Of a DNA stretch of 35,183 nucleotides, positions 8,857 through 18,388 are shown piece by piece (within the stretch, counting starts at the first letter, position 1; every line of letters begins with the position of its first letter). The notes under the pieces are model-generated. The model was not told where the DNA came from, made no database searches, and saw only the letters and a program-made list of their open reading frames with translations. The translations under genes were made by a program, and so were the position numbers. The DNA lies in the sequence record DRR723986_3124. One strand, 5' to 3'.

Positions 8857-10245
8857 ATGTCTACACCCAACCTTCTTCTTGTTGATGACGACTCCTGGCT
8901 CTTGGAATCGATGGCCGACTGGTTATCGGAGCAGGGATTCTCAGTCACCACAGCGCAGACGATCGGGCAAGCCAAAGCAGCTTGCGCTGACCGAGAACCC
9001 CAAGTCTGCTTGGTGGATATCAACTTAGACCGAGAGGATGGCTTCGATTTCTTGAAGTGGAGCAAGTCCACTTCGATCAATGCCCCCGTATTGATGATGA
9101 GCGGCTACGCGAGTCCGGACACCGGCGCGCAAGCGGTATCGGCGGGTGCGTTCGACTTGCTCACCAAACCCATTATTGACCAAGAACTCCTCAACGCCCT
9201 CCAGCGCGCGGTCGAACAGACCAACGTCGCAGAGGAAAACAAACGCCTCAAGCAGGAGCTTGATCGCAGGAGCGGGATGGAAAACATCCTGAGCCACGAT
9301 CCCCGGATGATCGAGCTGTTTGATATCGTCGACAGCGTTGCCGACACCAAAGCGACGATTCTGATCACCGGCGAGAACGGTACCGGTAAATCGATGATTG
9401 CCCGGGCGATCCACCGCCGCAGCAGTCGTCGCGACGGACCTTTCGTTGAAGTAGCCTGCGGCGCACTACCTGAAAACCTACTCGAGAGCGAACTGTTCGG
9501 CCACACCGCCGGCGCATTCACCGGTGCAAACACAGCCAAGGTTGGTAAGTTTGAGCATGCTGACAAAGGCACGATTTTCTTGGACGAAATCGGCACAGCC
9601 ACTTCTGCGATGCAGGTCAAACTGCTCCGTGTTCTCCAGGAATTCCAGTTTGAGGCGATCGGTGGGAACGAGACCATCTCCGTCGATTCGCGTTGTGTCC
9701 TGGCGACGAATGAGAATCTAGAGGAAGCCGTCGCCGCCGGAAAATTTCGCCAAGACTTGTACTACCGAATCAACGTGATTCACCTGGAATTGCCGCCACT
9801 GCGGCAACGCGTGTCTGACATTCCTGTATTAGCGGAACACTTCCTTCAGAAATCCCTACAAGATGTTCCCAAATCAGTCGAAGGTTTTAGCAACGAGGCG
9901 CTTGAGGCGTTGATGAACTACGGCTGGCCCGGAAACATCCGCGAACTCGAAAACTTGGTGCAGCGAGCTGTCTTGTTAACCAAGACGCCGGTCATCGGAG
10001 TGGACATGCTGCCGCCTGCCGTCGTAGCTGGCGGTGGATTATCAACTGCGTCAGTTGCTACGATCCGTCGTGGACAGACCCTGCGTGAGGCCTTAGAGGG
10101 GCCGGAACGCCAGATCATCCTGGATGTTTTGAAAGCCAATAGTTTCAGCAGAAACATGACCGCTGACCAACTCGGCATCAACCGAACAACGCTTTACAAA
10201 AAGATGAAGCGACTTGGCATCGACGACCTTCTCTTGAATGACTAG
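8857..10245 (+). CDS. Sigma-54-dependent response regulator (NtrC/AtoC family enhancer-binding protein)
   Basis: REC (LLVDDD, LVDINL), AAA+ Walker A GENGTGKS, ESELFGH-GAFTGA, Walker B IFLDEI, FRQDLYYRIN, WPGNIRELEN and Fis-type HTH LGINRTTLYKKM. ATG at 8857 preferred over TTG at 8851. Confidence 0.96.
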   Translation: MSTPNLLLVDDDSWLLESMADWLSEQGFSVTTAQTIGQAKAACADREPQVCLVDINLDREDGFDFLKWSKSTSINAPVLMMSGYASPDTGAQAVSAGAFDLLTKPIIDQELLNALQRAVEQTNVAEENKRLKQELDRRSGMENILSHDPRMIELFDIVDSVADTKATILITGENGTGKSMIARAIHRRSSRRDGPFVEVACGALPENLLESELFGHTAGAFTGANTAKVGKFEHADKGTIFLDEIGTATSAMQVKLLRVLQEFQFEAIGGNETISVDSRCVLATNENLEEAVAAGKFRQDLYYRINVIHLELPPLRQRVSDIPVLAEHFLQKSLQDVPKSVEGFSNEALEALMNYGWPGNIRELENLVQRAVLLTKTPVIGVDMLPPAVVAGGGLSTASVATIRRGQTLREALEGPERQIILDVLKANSFSRNMTADQLGINRTTLYKKMKRLGIDDLLLND

Positions 10246-10873
10246 ATCTGCGTGCTGCTCGGGGTAGCCCATCGGCATTTTGCCGGACGCGATCCCGTTG
10301 AGCCGGTAGGGCGATTCTGACCGCAATCGATTTGCTAACCACTGCTCGGTCAAAGCGGCTCTTTGAGTGGTAACATCTGCTTAGGCGAGTCTTCTTTCGC
10401 AGCAGTGGTGGTGCCGCCAGAGGCATTCTTTTCCCGCGTCGATGGCCAATTGCTTCAGCGAACCTAGGCCGCAAATACGCCTACCTACCTTTCGCGTCGG
10501 TGATCTAGCCAGACTTCAACGCGGACTCCACTGCCAGGCGAAACGGCTGCGGCTTGGCTTGCGGCCGAGGAAGCTTGCGCAGAAGCGGGCGGAATTGCCC
10601 CTGTCACCTTTTCGCCCCTTGGGCTACCCCTATAATCGGGGACACAAACGAGTAGACCTGGCAAGGAATTCGGGCTCGCTAGACAGGCAAGATTCTCTAC
10701 TGTCTCATTCGCGATGGAACCGCTCGACTCCTCTCGCCGCTCTCTATAGTTTGTCGAGAAATCCAGGACTTTGGCAATTACAGCCCGAGCCTACCTTTGC
10801 TTCGCGCCACAGCGTCGCAGGAATCTCTTGCGTATCGAATCTTTCCGTTCGTTTTTGAAGAGTTAGTTCTGCT

Positions 10874-12061
10874 ATGAAGATCCACGAATATCAGGGCAAG
10901 GAGCTGTTTCGCGAAGCGGGCGTTCCTGTTTTGGACAGTATCGTCGCAAAGTCACCAGAAGCCGCAGCCGATGCGTTCACCAAGCTCGGCGGCGCAATTG
11001 CAGTCGTAAAGGCCCAAATTCATGCTGGCGGTCGGGGCAAAGGAACGGTAATTGAAAACCGTGACCAACGAGGCGTACAGCTTGTTAAGAGTGCCGAAGA
11101 AGCTGCTGAAGTGGCGAAGAACCTGCTCGGCAACCGCCTAGAAACGATCCAAACCGGCCCCGAAGGAGCCACCGTTAACCAAGTCTTGGTTGAAGCGGGC
11201 TGCGACATCGACCGCGAACTCTACCTTGGAATCGTCCTCGACCGCGCGACAGCACTGCCAGTCTTGATGGTCAGCAGCGAAGGTGGCGTTGAGATTGAAA
11301 AGGTCGCCGAAGAGACTCCAGAGAAGATCTTCCGCGAGAATTTCCACCCCGATGTTGGCCTGCAAAGTTTCCAGGTTCGCAAACTGTGCAAGAAGCTTGG
11401 CATCGCAGGGCCTGCTGCCCGAGCCGCTGACAAATTCATGCGTAACCTGTGCAAACTCTACGTCTCACTCGACTGCTCAATGGCCGAGATCAACCCACTC
11501 GTTCTGACAAAGAGCGGTGAGATGATTGCACTCGATGCAAAAATTACCTTTGATGACAATGCACTTTATCGCCACCCCAAGATCGTTGAACTTCGCGACC
11601 TAGCCGAAGAAGAACCGGCCGAGGTGAAAGCCGCCGACACGGGGCTGTCCTACGTCAAGCTAGACGGTTCAATTGGCTGTTTAGTCAACGGTGCCGGCTT
11701 GGCGATGTCCACCATGGACATCATTAAATACCATGGCGGCGAACCTGCCAACTTCTTGGACGTCGGGGGCGGGGCCACGACAGAACAAGTTGTTGAAGCG
11801 TTCAACATTATTCTTTCCGACCCAAATGTGAAGGCCGTACTGGTCAACATCTTTGGCGGAATCGCGCGGTGCACGACGATCGCAACCGCCATCATCGAAG
11901 CTTCCAAGCAGATTGGAATTGAAATCCCGCTAGTCGTCAGACTTGAGGGAACCGAGGTAGAAGAAGGCCGTAAGATGCTTGCCGAAAGCGGGCTGGCCAT
12001 GACGACCGCAGATGACCTGACCGATGCAGCCAAGAAGGTTGTCGCCGCTGTCAGCGCTTAG
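10874..12061 (+). CDS. sucC: Succinyl-CoA synthetase beta subunit
   Basis: [59 protein letters not shown]. Confidence 0.98.
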   Translation: MKIHEYQGKELFREAGVPVLDSIVAKSPEAAADAFTKLGGAIAVVKAQIHAGGRGKGTVIENRDQRGVQLVKSAEEAAEVAKNLLGNRLETIQTGPEGATVNQVLVEAGCDIDRELYLGIVLDRATALPVLMVSSEGGVEIEKVAEETPEKIFRENFHPDVGLQSFQVRKLCKKLGIAGPAARAADKFMRNLCKLYVSLDCSMAEINPLVLTKSGEMIALDAKITFDDNALYRHPKIVELRDLAEEEPAEVKAADTGLSYVKLDGSIGCLVNGAGLAMSTMDIIKYHGGEPANFLDVGGGATTEQVVEAFNIILSDPNVKAVLVNIFGGIARCTTIATAIIEASKQIGIEIPLVVRLEGTEVEEGRKMLAESGLAMTTADDLTDAAKKVVAAVSA

Positions 12062-12130
12062 TTTCAATTCCGTTGCACTCAACTACGAAGTGCATTCAGT
12101 TAGCACATACAATTTCGGTCAGGTAAAGCC

Positions 12131-13009
12131 ATGAGCATTCTGATTAATAAAGACACGAAAGTAATCTGCCAAGGGATCACCGGAAGCGCGGGAACATTCC
12201 ACACAACCGGTTGCGCCGAATACGGCACACAGATGGTTGGTGGTGTCACGCCAGGCAAGGGCGGCCAAACGGCTGCTGGATTGCCAGTTTTTGACACCGT
12301 GGAAGAGGCCGTCGCAGAGACGGGTGCAGACGCCACGATGATATTCGTCCCACCACCGTTCGCCGCCGACGCGATCCTGGAAGCTGTCGATGCGGGCATT
12401 CGTGTAATCGCCGCTATCACCGAGGGCGTTCCCGTTCTGGACATGGTCGAGGTCTATCGCCAAGTCCGAGCAAGCGATTCTGTTCTCATCGGACCAAACT
12501 GCCCCGGCCTGATTACTCCTGGTGAATGCAAGATCGGCATCATGCCGGGCTACATTCACAATCCTGGCAAGATCGGCATCATCAGCCGTAGTGGTACGCT
12601 GACTTATGAAGCGGTCTGGCAAACCAGCAACCTCGGCTTAGGTCAGTCGACTTGCGTCGGCTTGGGTGGAGATCCAATCGTCGGCACTTCATACATCGAC
12701 CTCCTGAAGCTCTATCAGGAAGACGATCAAACGGAGGCGATTTTGATGATCGGCGAGATCGGCGGCAACGCTGAAGAAGAAGCCGCCGCCTACGTGAAAG
12801 AACACGTCACCAAACCTGTGGCGGCCTTCATCGCAGGGGCGACAGCACCTCCAGGAAAACGAATGGGCCACGCCGGCGCGATTATCTCTGGTGGCAAGGG
12901 AACGGCCAGCGAAAAGCAAGCGGCACTCGAAGCCGCTGGCATCACTGTTGCTCCATCGCCAGCGGACATGGGCAGTGCTATCCAGAAAGCCATGCAAGCT
13001 GCCTCCTAG
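12131..13009 (+). CDS. sucD: Succinyl-CoA synthetase alpha subunit
   Basis: [34 protein letters not shown] and phospho-His motif RMGHAGA. Confidence 0.98.
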   Translation: MSILINKDTKVICQGITGSAGTFHTTGCAEYGTQMVGGVTPGKGGQTAAGLPVFDTVEEAVAETGADATMIFVPPPFAADAILEAVDAGIRVIAAITEGVPVLDMVEVYRQVRASDSVLIGPNCPGLITPGECKIGIMPGYIHNPGKIGIISRSGTLTYEAVWQTSNLGLGQSTCVGLGGDPIVGTSYIDLLKLYQEDDQTEAILMIGEIGGNAEEEAAAYVKEHVTKPVAAFIAGATAPPGKRMGHAGAIISGGKGTASEKQAALEAAGITVAPSPADMGSAIQKAMQAAS

Positions 13010-13144
13010 TGGGCCGGACGGCCTCCGCTACCGGTCAGTGATTCCTGCCAAAGGATACTTTGCTAGACTAACTGACTGGTTCGGTGGCATCCAATTGTTA
13101 CGGCATCTCTAAAGCCAGTTTACAGCACCAGCGGGAAGCATCCA

Positions 13145-14545
13145 TTGAGCAAGAATCCGTACGCCCCAACAGGAGCGAAATCGGACTCCACTGGGCCTCA
13201 ACCCTCTGGTACTGGAAACGGCGGTCGCAAAGCCGCAGTAGCTTTCATTCTTATTACGATCTTCATCGACATCCTCGGCATTGGGATCATCATCCCGAAC
13301 TTGCCAGAGCTCATCATTGAACTGCTGGGTTCAAGCCGAGATGGACTGTCGAAGGAAGATCTGACGACGCTGGCCAGTTGGTACGGTGGCATCATCGCCG
13401 CATCGTACTCGCTGATGCAGTTTATTTTTGCTCCCATCGTCGGCGCTCTGTCGGATCGATTCGGGAGACGTCCCGTCCTGCTGTGTACGTCCTTCGGGCT
13501 TGCAGTGGACTTCTTGATTCAAGGGTTTGCTCCGAACATCTTTTGGTTGTTTGCTGGTCGAACCCTAGCAGGTGTATTCGGAGCGAGCATCACAACCGCG
13601 AATGCATACATCGCTGACGTCTCGAGCCCGGAGAACAGAGCCAGAAATTACGGCTTTGTCGGGATCATGTTTGGGCTTGGCTTTATCTGCGGCCCAACCC
13701 TTGGCGGCTTGCTCGGCAGTGTTGACTTGCGGCTGCCATTCTTCGTTGCTGCCGGTCTGGCTTGCCTGAATTGGTGCTACGGCTTGTTCATCTTGCCAGA
13801 GTCTTTGCCTCCCGAGAAACGACGGCCGTTTACGTTGGCACACGCTACGCCGCTAGGAACACTCAAGCAGCTCAAGGGGTACCCATTTGTATTCAGCCTG
13901 GCTGCTGCTTTCGCCTGCATGTCGCTGGCACAACGCGGCCTGGAGAACGTGTGGGTTTACTACACGGGCTATCGATTTGGATGGGACGAATTTACCAACG
14001 GTCTGGCGCTAGGCCTTGTTGGATTGACCGCAGCCTTGGTCCAAGGTGGCCTGGTCCGTCCAACGGTCAAGCGACTGGGAGAACGCAAAACAGTTTTGCT
14101 CGGGTTGAGCGTCTCTGCGATTGCCTTCCTGGGATACGGTCTGGCATCCGCCGGATGGATTGTGCCCATCATCATTACGTTCGGCAGTTTGGGTGGCCTG
14201 ACCGGGCCTGCACTGCAGAGCTTAGTCGCCGGACGAGTGGACAGCTCTGACCAAGGTAAAGTCCAAGGTGCGTTGACGTCACTGATGAGCCTGACAAGCA
14301 TCATTGCACCGCTGTTCTTCACCGCCGGTCTATTCAGCTTCTTCACCAGCCCCCGCGCTCCGGTGCAACTCCCTGGTGCACCTTTCTTCGTGGGGTCGAC
14401 ACTTTTGGTTGTTGCCCTGCTGATCTGTCGTCGAGTATTTAAGAAGTATCCGGCGGATGCACAGGACGAAGGCAGCCAACCAAGTTTGGCGTCTGAGTCA
14501 GCAGACGCCGCGAACGAGCAACGGCCAGAGTCTGACGAAAGTTAG
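13145..14545 (+). CDS. TCR/Tet-family (DHA1) MFS transporter
   Basis: About 12 hydrophobic segments, DILGIGIIIP, MFS motif A GALSDRFGRRP and antiporter motif GFICGPTLGG. TTG start. Stop codon overlaps the convergent purC stop. Confidence 0.9.
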   Translation: MSKNPYAPTGAKSDSTGPQPSGTGNGGRKAAVAFILITIFIDILGIGIIIPNLPELIIELLGSSRDGLSKEDLTTLASWYGGIIAASYSLMQFIFAPIVGALSDRFGRRPVLLCTSFGLAVDFLIQGFAPNIFWLFAGRTLAGVFGASITTANAYIADVSSPENRARNYGFVGIMFGLGFICGPTLGGLLGSVDLRLPFFVAAGLACLNWCYGLFILPESLPPEKRRPFTLAHATPLGTLKQLKGYPFVFSLAAAFACMSLAQRGLENVWVYYTGYRFGWDEFTNGLALGLVGLTAALVQGGLVRPTVKRLGERKTVLLGLSVSAIAFLGYGLASAGWIVPIIITFGSLGGLTGPALQSLVAGRVDSSDQGKVQGALTSLMSLTSIIAPLFFTAGLFSFFTSPRAPVQLPGAPFFVGSTLLVVALLICRRVFKKYPADAQDEGSQPSLASESADAANEQRPESDES

Positions 14546-15435
14546 CGTTCGCTCAGACTCTTTCCAGTCAGTAGCTCGCAGACGCTTTGGTATTTCTCAA
14601 CCGTCTTGGCAACAATCTCGTCGGGCAGGGCAGGGGGCGGGCTATTCCGATCCCAGTCCGTGTCTTGCAACCACTCACGAATAAACTGCTTGTCAAAGGA
14701 GGGCTGTGGGCCGCCTGGCCGAAACTGATCGGCGGGCCAAAATCGCGAACTGTCGGGCGTGAGGACTTCATCGATCAAGATGAGCTGATCGTTGTAATGC
14801 CCCCACTCAAACTTGGTATCCGCAATCAGCACTCCCCGATCGGCCGCCAACTTAGCACCGTCGGCATACACTTTAAGGCTCAGATCGCGAAGCTGTTCGG
14901 CCAGCTCCTGCCCAATTTCATTGGCCATGTATTCGAAGCTGACGTTCTCATCATGCCCCTCTTCTGCCTTGGTCGCGGGCGTGAAAATCGGCTCAGGCAA
15001 ACGGTCACATTGTTTGAGACCTTTGGGCAGTGCCACCGAGCAGACGGTTCCTCTTTCCTGGTATTCTCGCCAGCCAGAACCTTCCAAGTACCCCCGAACG
15101 ACGCACTCAAAGGGCACCACTTCGGCGTTCTTGGTAACCATTGAACGACCAGCCAAGTCATTGCGAAGCGTTGCAGTTAGCTGCAAGGACTCTGGCAGCG
15201 AAGTCGAGAGCAAGTGGTTGGGGACATCGATACAATCAAACCAAAACTCACTCAGCGCGGTCAGCACAACCCCTTTGGATGGAATGCCATTGGGCAGCAC
15301 CCAGTCAAACGCGCTGACGCGATCGGTACTAACGATCAGCAGTTCCTGTCCGAGGTCATAGACATCCCGCACTTTCCCTTGGCGTTTCGGGAATGGCAGA
15401 CTGGTCTGGGTCACGGCGGTTGTTGCATTTACCAT
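14542..15435 (-). CDS. purC: Phosphoribosylaminoimidazole-succinocarboxamide synthase
   Basis: GKVRDVY, STDRVSAFD, PFECVVRGY, FTPATKA, IADTKFEWG, DEVLTPDSSRFW, SFDKQ. ATG at 15435 has a G-rich SD upstream (ORF track start 15459). Confidence 0.96.
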   Translation of the reverse strand: MVNATTAVTQTSLPFPKRQGKVRDVYDLGQELLIVSTDRVSAFDWVLPNGIPSKGVVLTALSEFWFDCIDVPNHLLSTSLPESLQLTATLRNDLAGRSMVTKNAEVVPFECVVRGYLEGSGWREYQERGTVCSVALPKGLKQCDRLPEPIFTPATKAEEGHDENVSFEYMANEIGQELAEQLRDLSLKVYADGAKLAADRGVLIADTKFEWGHYNDQLILIDEVLTPDSSRFWPADQFRPGGPQPSFDKQFIREWLQDTDWDRNSPPPALPDEIVAKTVEKYQSVCELLTGKSLSER

Positions 15436-15704
15436 TGGATTGTCCCCCATTCCGATCACTAATGCTTCGACGATGTGTTTTCGCTGCTGGTGGCCACCGC
15501 GACGGCTTTCATTGCAGGGGCAATTGGGTAAGATTCCCGTTTGAAACGTTGGTACATGCCGCCTTGAAGAATTGGCAAGGTTGCGAAATGAAGCCCCGCA
15601 ATACTGCCTTTGTTCTATAATTCTGTGCCGTCTTGCTGTTCGCGGATCAAGAGAATCGCCCTAGTAGGTAGAACAAACTTAAGGCCCCTTAGATAACGCG
15701 TCGC

Positions 15705-17126
15705 ATGGCTGATCTAAAATTCAAGCTTCCAGCTCTGCCAAACGCTTCGGCTCCACTGTTGGAGTCGGCTTATCTTACTGGGATCGAGGGGATTCCATGG
15801 CAGAGTCACTGCCGCATGTCCGAGGACCAGTTTAGCATTGGTCGCGAAATTGACGAGTCTGGCAAGCTCAACTTGCTCTGGCCAACAGACAGTCTTGGCA
15901 ACGTATGTCTTTCAACGACCAGTTTAAGACTTGTCGACGAGCCCTATCTTCTCGATGTCGAACTTGCCCGTGGCACAGTCAATCGCCTTCGAACACAGGC
16001 ATCCGAATGGCAACGGATCGGTCTCCGCCTCCCTGAGGACTATTTCCCCGACGCGGAACAGACGCTCGAGAGATTTCTCAAGAGCGTGACGAGCAGGAGT
16101 CGTGAGCAGCAGTCCGAATTCGCAAGCCTCGCTATCGAAGGCTCCGTTCAGGCCTCCGTCAAGCTTTGCGACGCCTACAGCGAACAAGCCCTGGATGCGC
16201 GAAAGCAGAGCGAAGGACGTCTATCAACACTGGCCGGTATCGAATTACCCAACCGGGCGCTTTCCAACATTTACGGAAATCTCGAAAGCGTTTTCAACCT
16301 AGTAAGCATTCCAGCAAGTCTTGGAGCCGTTGAAACGGACGCGGGCAAACGCAACTTCGCCCATTTCGACAAGCACGTTGAGTGGGCCAGCAGCCGGAGC
16401 AAAAAGGTTTCCATCGGTCCACTCGTCAACTTTGCAACAGGACAACTACCCAGGTGGATGATACTGCTCGACGAAGGGTTCGAGAGCATCATGAAATCCG
16501 CCTGCCAACATGTACAGGCAACGGTCGAGCGGTACCGCGGCAAGGCACACATCTGGAATTGTGCGGCCGGGCTAAACATGCCAGGCGAACTTGGTTGGAC
16601 CGATGAAGAAACGCTTCGAATGGCGGTTGCCGTCATTGAAACAGTCCGCCGCGCTGATAGTCGCAGCCCGGTTCTGCTAACGATCGACCAACCCTGGAGC
16701 GAATATCTCCGCAAGGACAACAACGGCATCTCACCGCTTCACTTTGCCGATGCACTGATTCGTGCTGATCTTGGTCTGAGCGGACTTTCGCTTGACCTGC
16801 GATTCGGCAGCGGACAGGGAGAGTCCTTCCCAAGAGACCTCTTGGAAATCAGCCGATTGATTGACAGATGGGCCATGCTAGGACTGCCGCTCATGGTTCA
16901 AGTCAGCGCACAGGTCCCGACCGACGACTCGGACAAGATGTGCACCATTGCACCAGAGTCAATCATTAATCTACTGTTGTCCAAACCATGCGTCCATGCA
17001 GTTACGTGGACCACACTGGTTGACGCGGCAACGGACACAACCAAGAGTGGCCTTTGGGATGAAAAAGGCAAACCCAAGCCACTTATCCGAAAAATTGCCG
17101 AGACGCGGGTCAAATACCTGCACTAG
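15705..17126 (+). CDS. GH10-like TIM-barrel protein, apparently lacking the catalytic glutamates
   Basis: C-terminal half follows GH10 topology (HVQATVERYRGKAHIW; LGLPLMV; GLWDEKGKPKP). No signal peptide; extra N-terminal domain. Confidence 0.65.
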   Translation: MADLKFKLPALPNASAPLLESAYLTGIEGIPWQSHCRMSEDQFSIGREIDESGKLNLLWPTDSLGNVCLSTTSLRLVDEPYLLDVELARGTVNRLRTQASEWQRIGLRLPEDYFPDAEQTLERFLKSVTSRSREQQSEFASLAIEGSVQASVKLCDAYSEQALDARKQSEGRLSTLAGIELPNRALSNIYGNLESVFNLVSIPASLGAVETDAGKRNFAHFDKHVEWASSRSKKVSIGPLVNFATGQLPRWMILLDEGFESIMKSACQHVQATVERYRGKAHIWNCAAGLNMPGELGWTDEETLRMAVAVIETVRRADSRSPVLLTIDQPWSEYLRKDNNGISPLHFADALIRADLGLSGLSLDLRFGSGQGESFPRDLLEISRLIDRWAMLGLPLMVQVSAQVPTDDSDKMCTIAPESIINLLLSKPCVHAVTWTTLVDAATDTTKSGLWDEKGKPKPLIRKIAETRVKYLH

Positions 17127-17170
17127 AAGTTGCCGGACGGCTTAACCGCCGGCAGTCAGAGCCGACTTCA

Positions 17171-18388
17171 TCAGCTACCAATCACTCCAACGCTAACGTT
17201 CGGCTGCGCCAGAGTTAGATTGGCCGCTTCAACGATATCGTCCTTTGTCACTGCCGCATAACGCCCAAGCACGACGTCTAGCGGTTCATAGCTGCGACGA
17301 TTCAGCCAAGATGTCCCGAGAGCAAACAAACGGTTGGCTGGTTTTTCATCGGACAGAATTAAACTTGCGGAAATCTTGCGTCTAGCAAGTTCCAGTTCTT
17401 TTTCGAGCGTTCCCTCGCGGCAAAGCTTCGCGATCACATCAAAGATGACACTTCTGTTGGCTGCTGCATCCTCAGGTGCACAGCAAAGATAGCCGAATAG
17501 ACATCCGCAGTCATCGAACATCTGTGGCCAAATCGCTGCGGTTTCTGCGCGCCCGGTATCGATTAGCTCCCAGAACAGCCGGCTGCCCGTATCATCGGCC
17601 AGGATGTAGCAGAGCATCCGAACCGCGTAGCGCCGAGCATCATTGCGGCTTACGCCGGGCCAAACCATCACTTCATAGTGCTGATGTGTCGACTCCCGTT
17701 CGATGGACGCAGAACCAGAACCGGGAACCAAGGCTGCAACGGGCGAATCGACGCGGCGTTTCGGCCAATCCTCAGCAACGCGAGCGACATAATCCGTCAA
17801 CTGCGCGAAATCGACATTCCCGCTGGCAAACAAATACATGTTGTCGCACGTATATCGCTGCTGGTGGTATTGCCGCATTTGATCAACGGTCATTTCACCA
17901 ACCGAATCCTCAATACCGAGGACTCGAGTGCCAAGTGGATGCTCTCCAAAGTACAACTCGTTGGCTTTTTCAAATGCTCCATACGGCGGCTGATCGTCGT
18001 ACATCGCAATCTCTTCGAGCACGACCTTCCGCTCAGTCTCAAACTCAGCCTCATCCAGCGTCGGCCTCATCAGATCCGTCAACAGATCAACGGCTTGCTT
18101 CTGACAATCGGGCAGCACCGACGCGTAGAAGACCGTGGAATCCTCCGAAGTGTATGCGTTGGATTGCGCGCCGAGATCGTCTAACTCCCGGTTCACCTGT
18201 TCAGCGGTTCTGGTTGGGGTTCCCTTGAACACCATGTGCTCTAGAAAGTGGCTGACGCCCGCGATTTCTTTGGATTCGTGGCGAGCGCCCGTTTTTACGA
18301 ACCAGCCAAGCGACATCGTAAACGCTGACGGATCATGCAGGCAAACAATCTCGGGGCCGTCACCTTCTTTATGAGTTAGCAACTGCAC
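17171..18388 (-). CDS. M16B (pitrilysin/MPP-beta-like) zinc peptidase, HXXEH subunit
   Basis: GVSHFLEHMVFKGT, NAYTS, ERKVVLEEI. GTG start at 18388 with GGAG upstream, overlapping the upstream gene's end. Confidence 0.92.
   Translation of the reverse strand: MQLLTHKEGDGPEIVCLHDPSAFTMSLGWFVKTGARHESKEIAGVSHFLEHMVFKGTPTRTAEQVNRELDDLGAQSNAYTSEDSTVFYASVLPDCQKQAVDLLTDLMRPTLDEAEFETERKVVLEEIAMYDDQPPYGAFEKANELYFGEHPLGTRVLGIEDSVGEMTVDQMRQYHQQRYTCDNMYLFASGNVDFAQLTDYVARVAEDWPKRRVDSPVAALVPGSGSASIERESTHQHYEVMVWPGVSRNDARRYAVRMLCYILADDTGSRLFWELIDTGRAETAAIWPQMFDDCGCLFGYLCCAPEDAAANRSVIFDVIAKLCREGTLEKELELARRKISASLILSDEKPANRLFALGTSWLNRRSYEPLDVVLGRYAAVTKDDIVEAANLTLAQPNVSVGVIGS

Noticed and set aside
10261-10630. 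11-bp inverted repeat GGGGTAGCCCA...TGGGCTACCCC bounding 370 bp (MITE/Tn3 ends or tmRNA?)
   Set aside because: No target-site duplication, the IR does not extend convincingly, and there is no tmRNA T-arm/CCA end or RNase P GAGGAAAGUCC motif.
10442-10858. 138-aa ORF upstream of sucC
   Set aside because: Arg/Ser/Leu/Pro-rich composition typical of non-coding frames, no motif, and it overlaps the probable promoter and leader.
13145-14545. Calling the MFS gene tetA / acquired tetracycline resistance
   Set aside because: Family-level similarity only. No tetR or mobile context; embedded between sucD and purC.
17130-17155. GC-rich hairpin between the convergent GH10-like and M16 genes as an intrinsic terminator
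   Set aside because: A stem is present but there is no U-tract on either strand, so it is not called.
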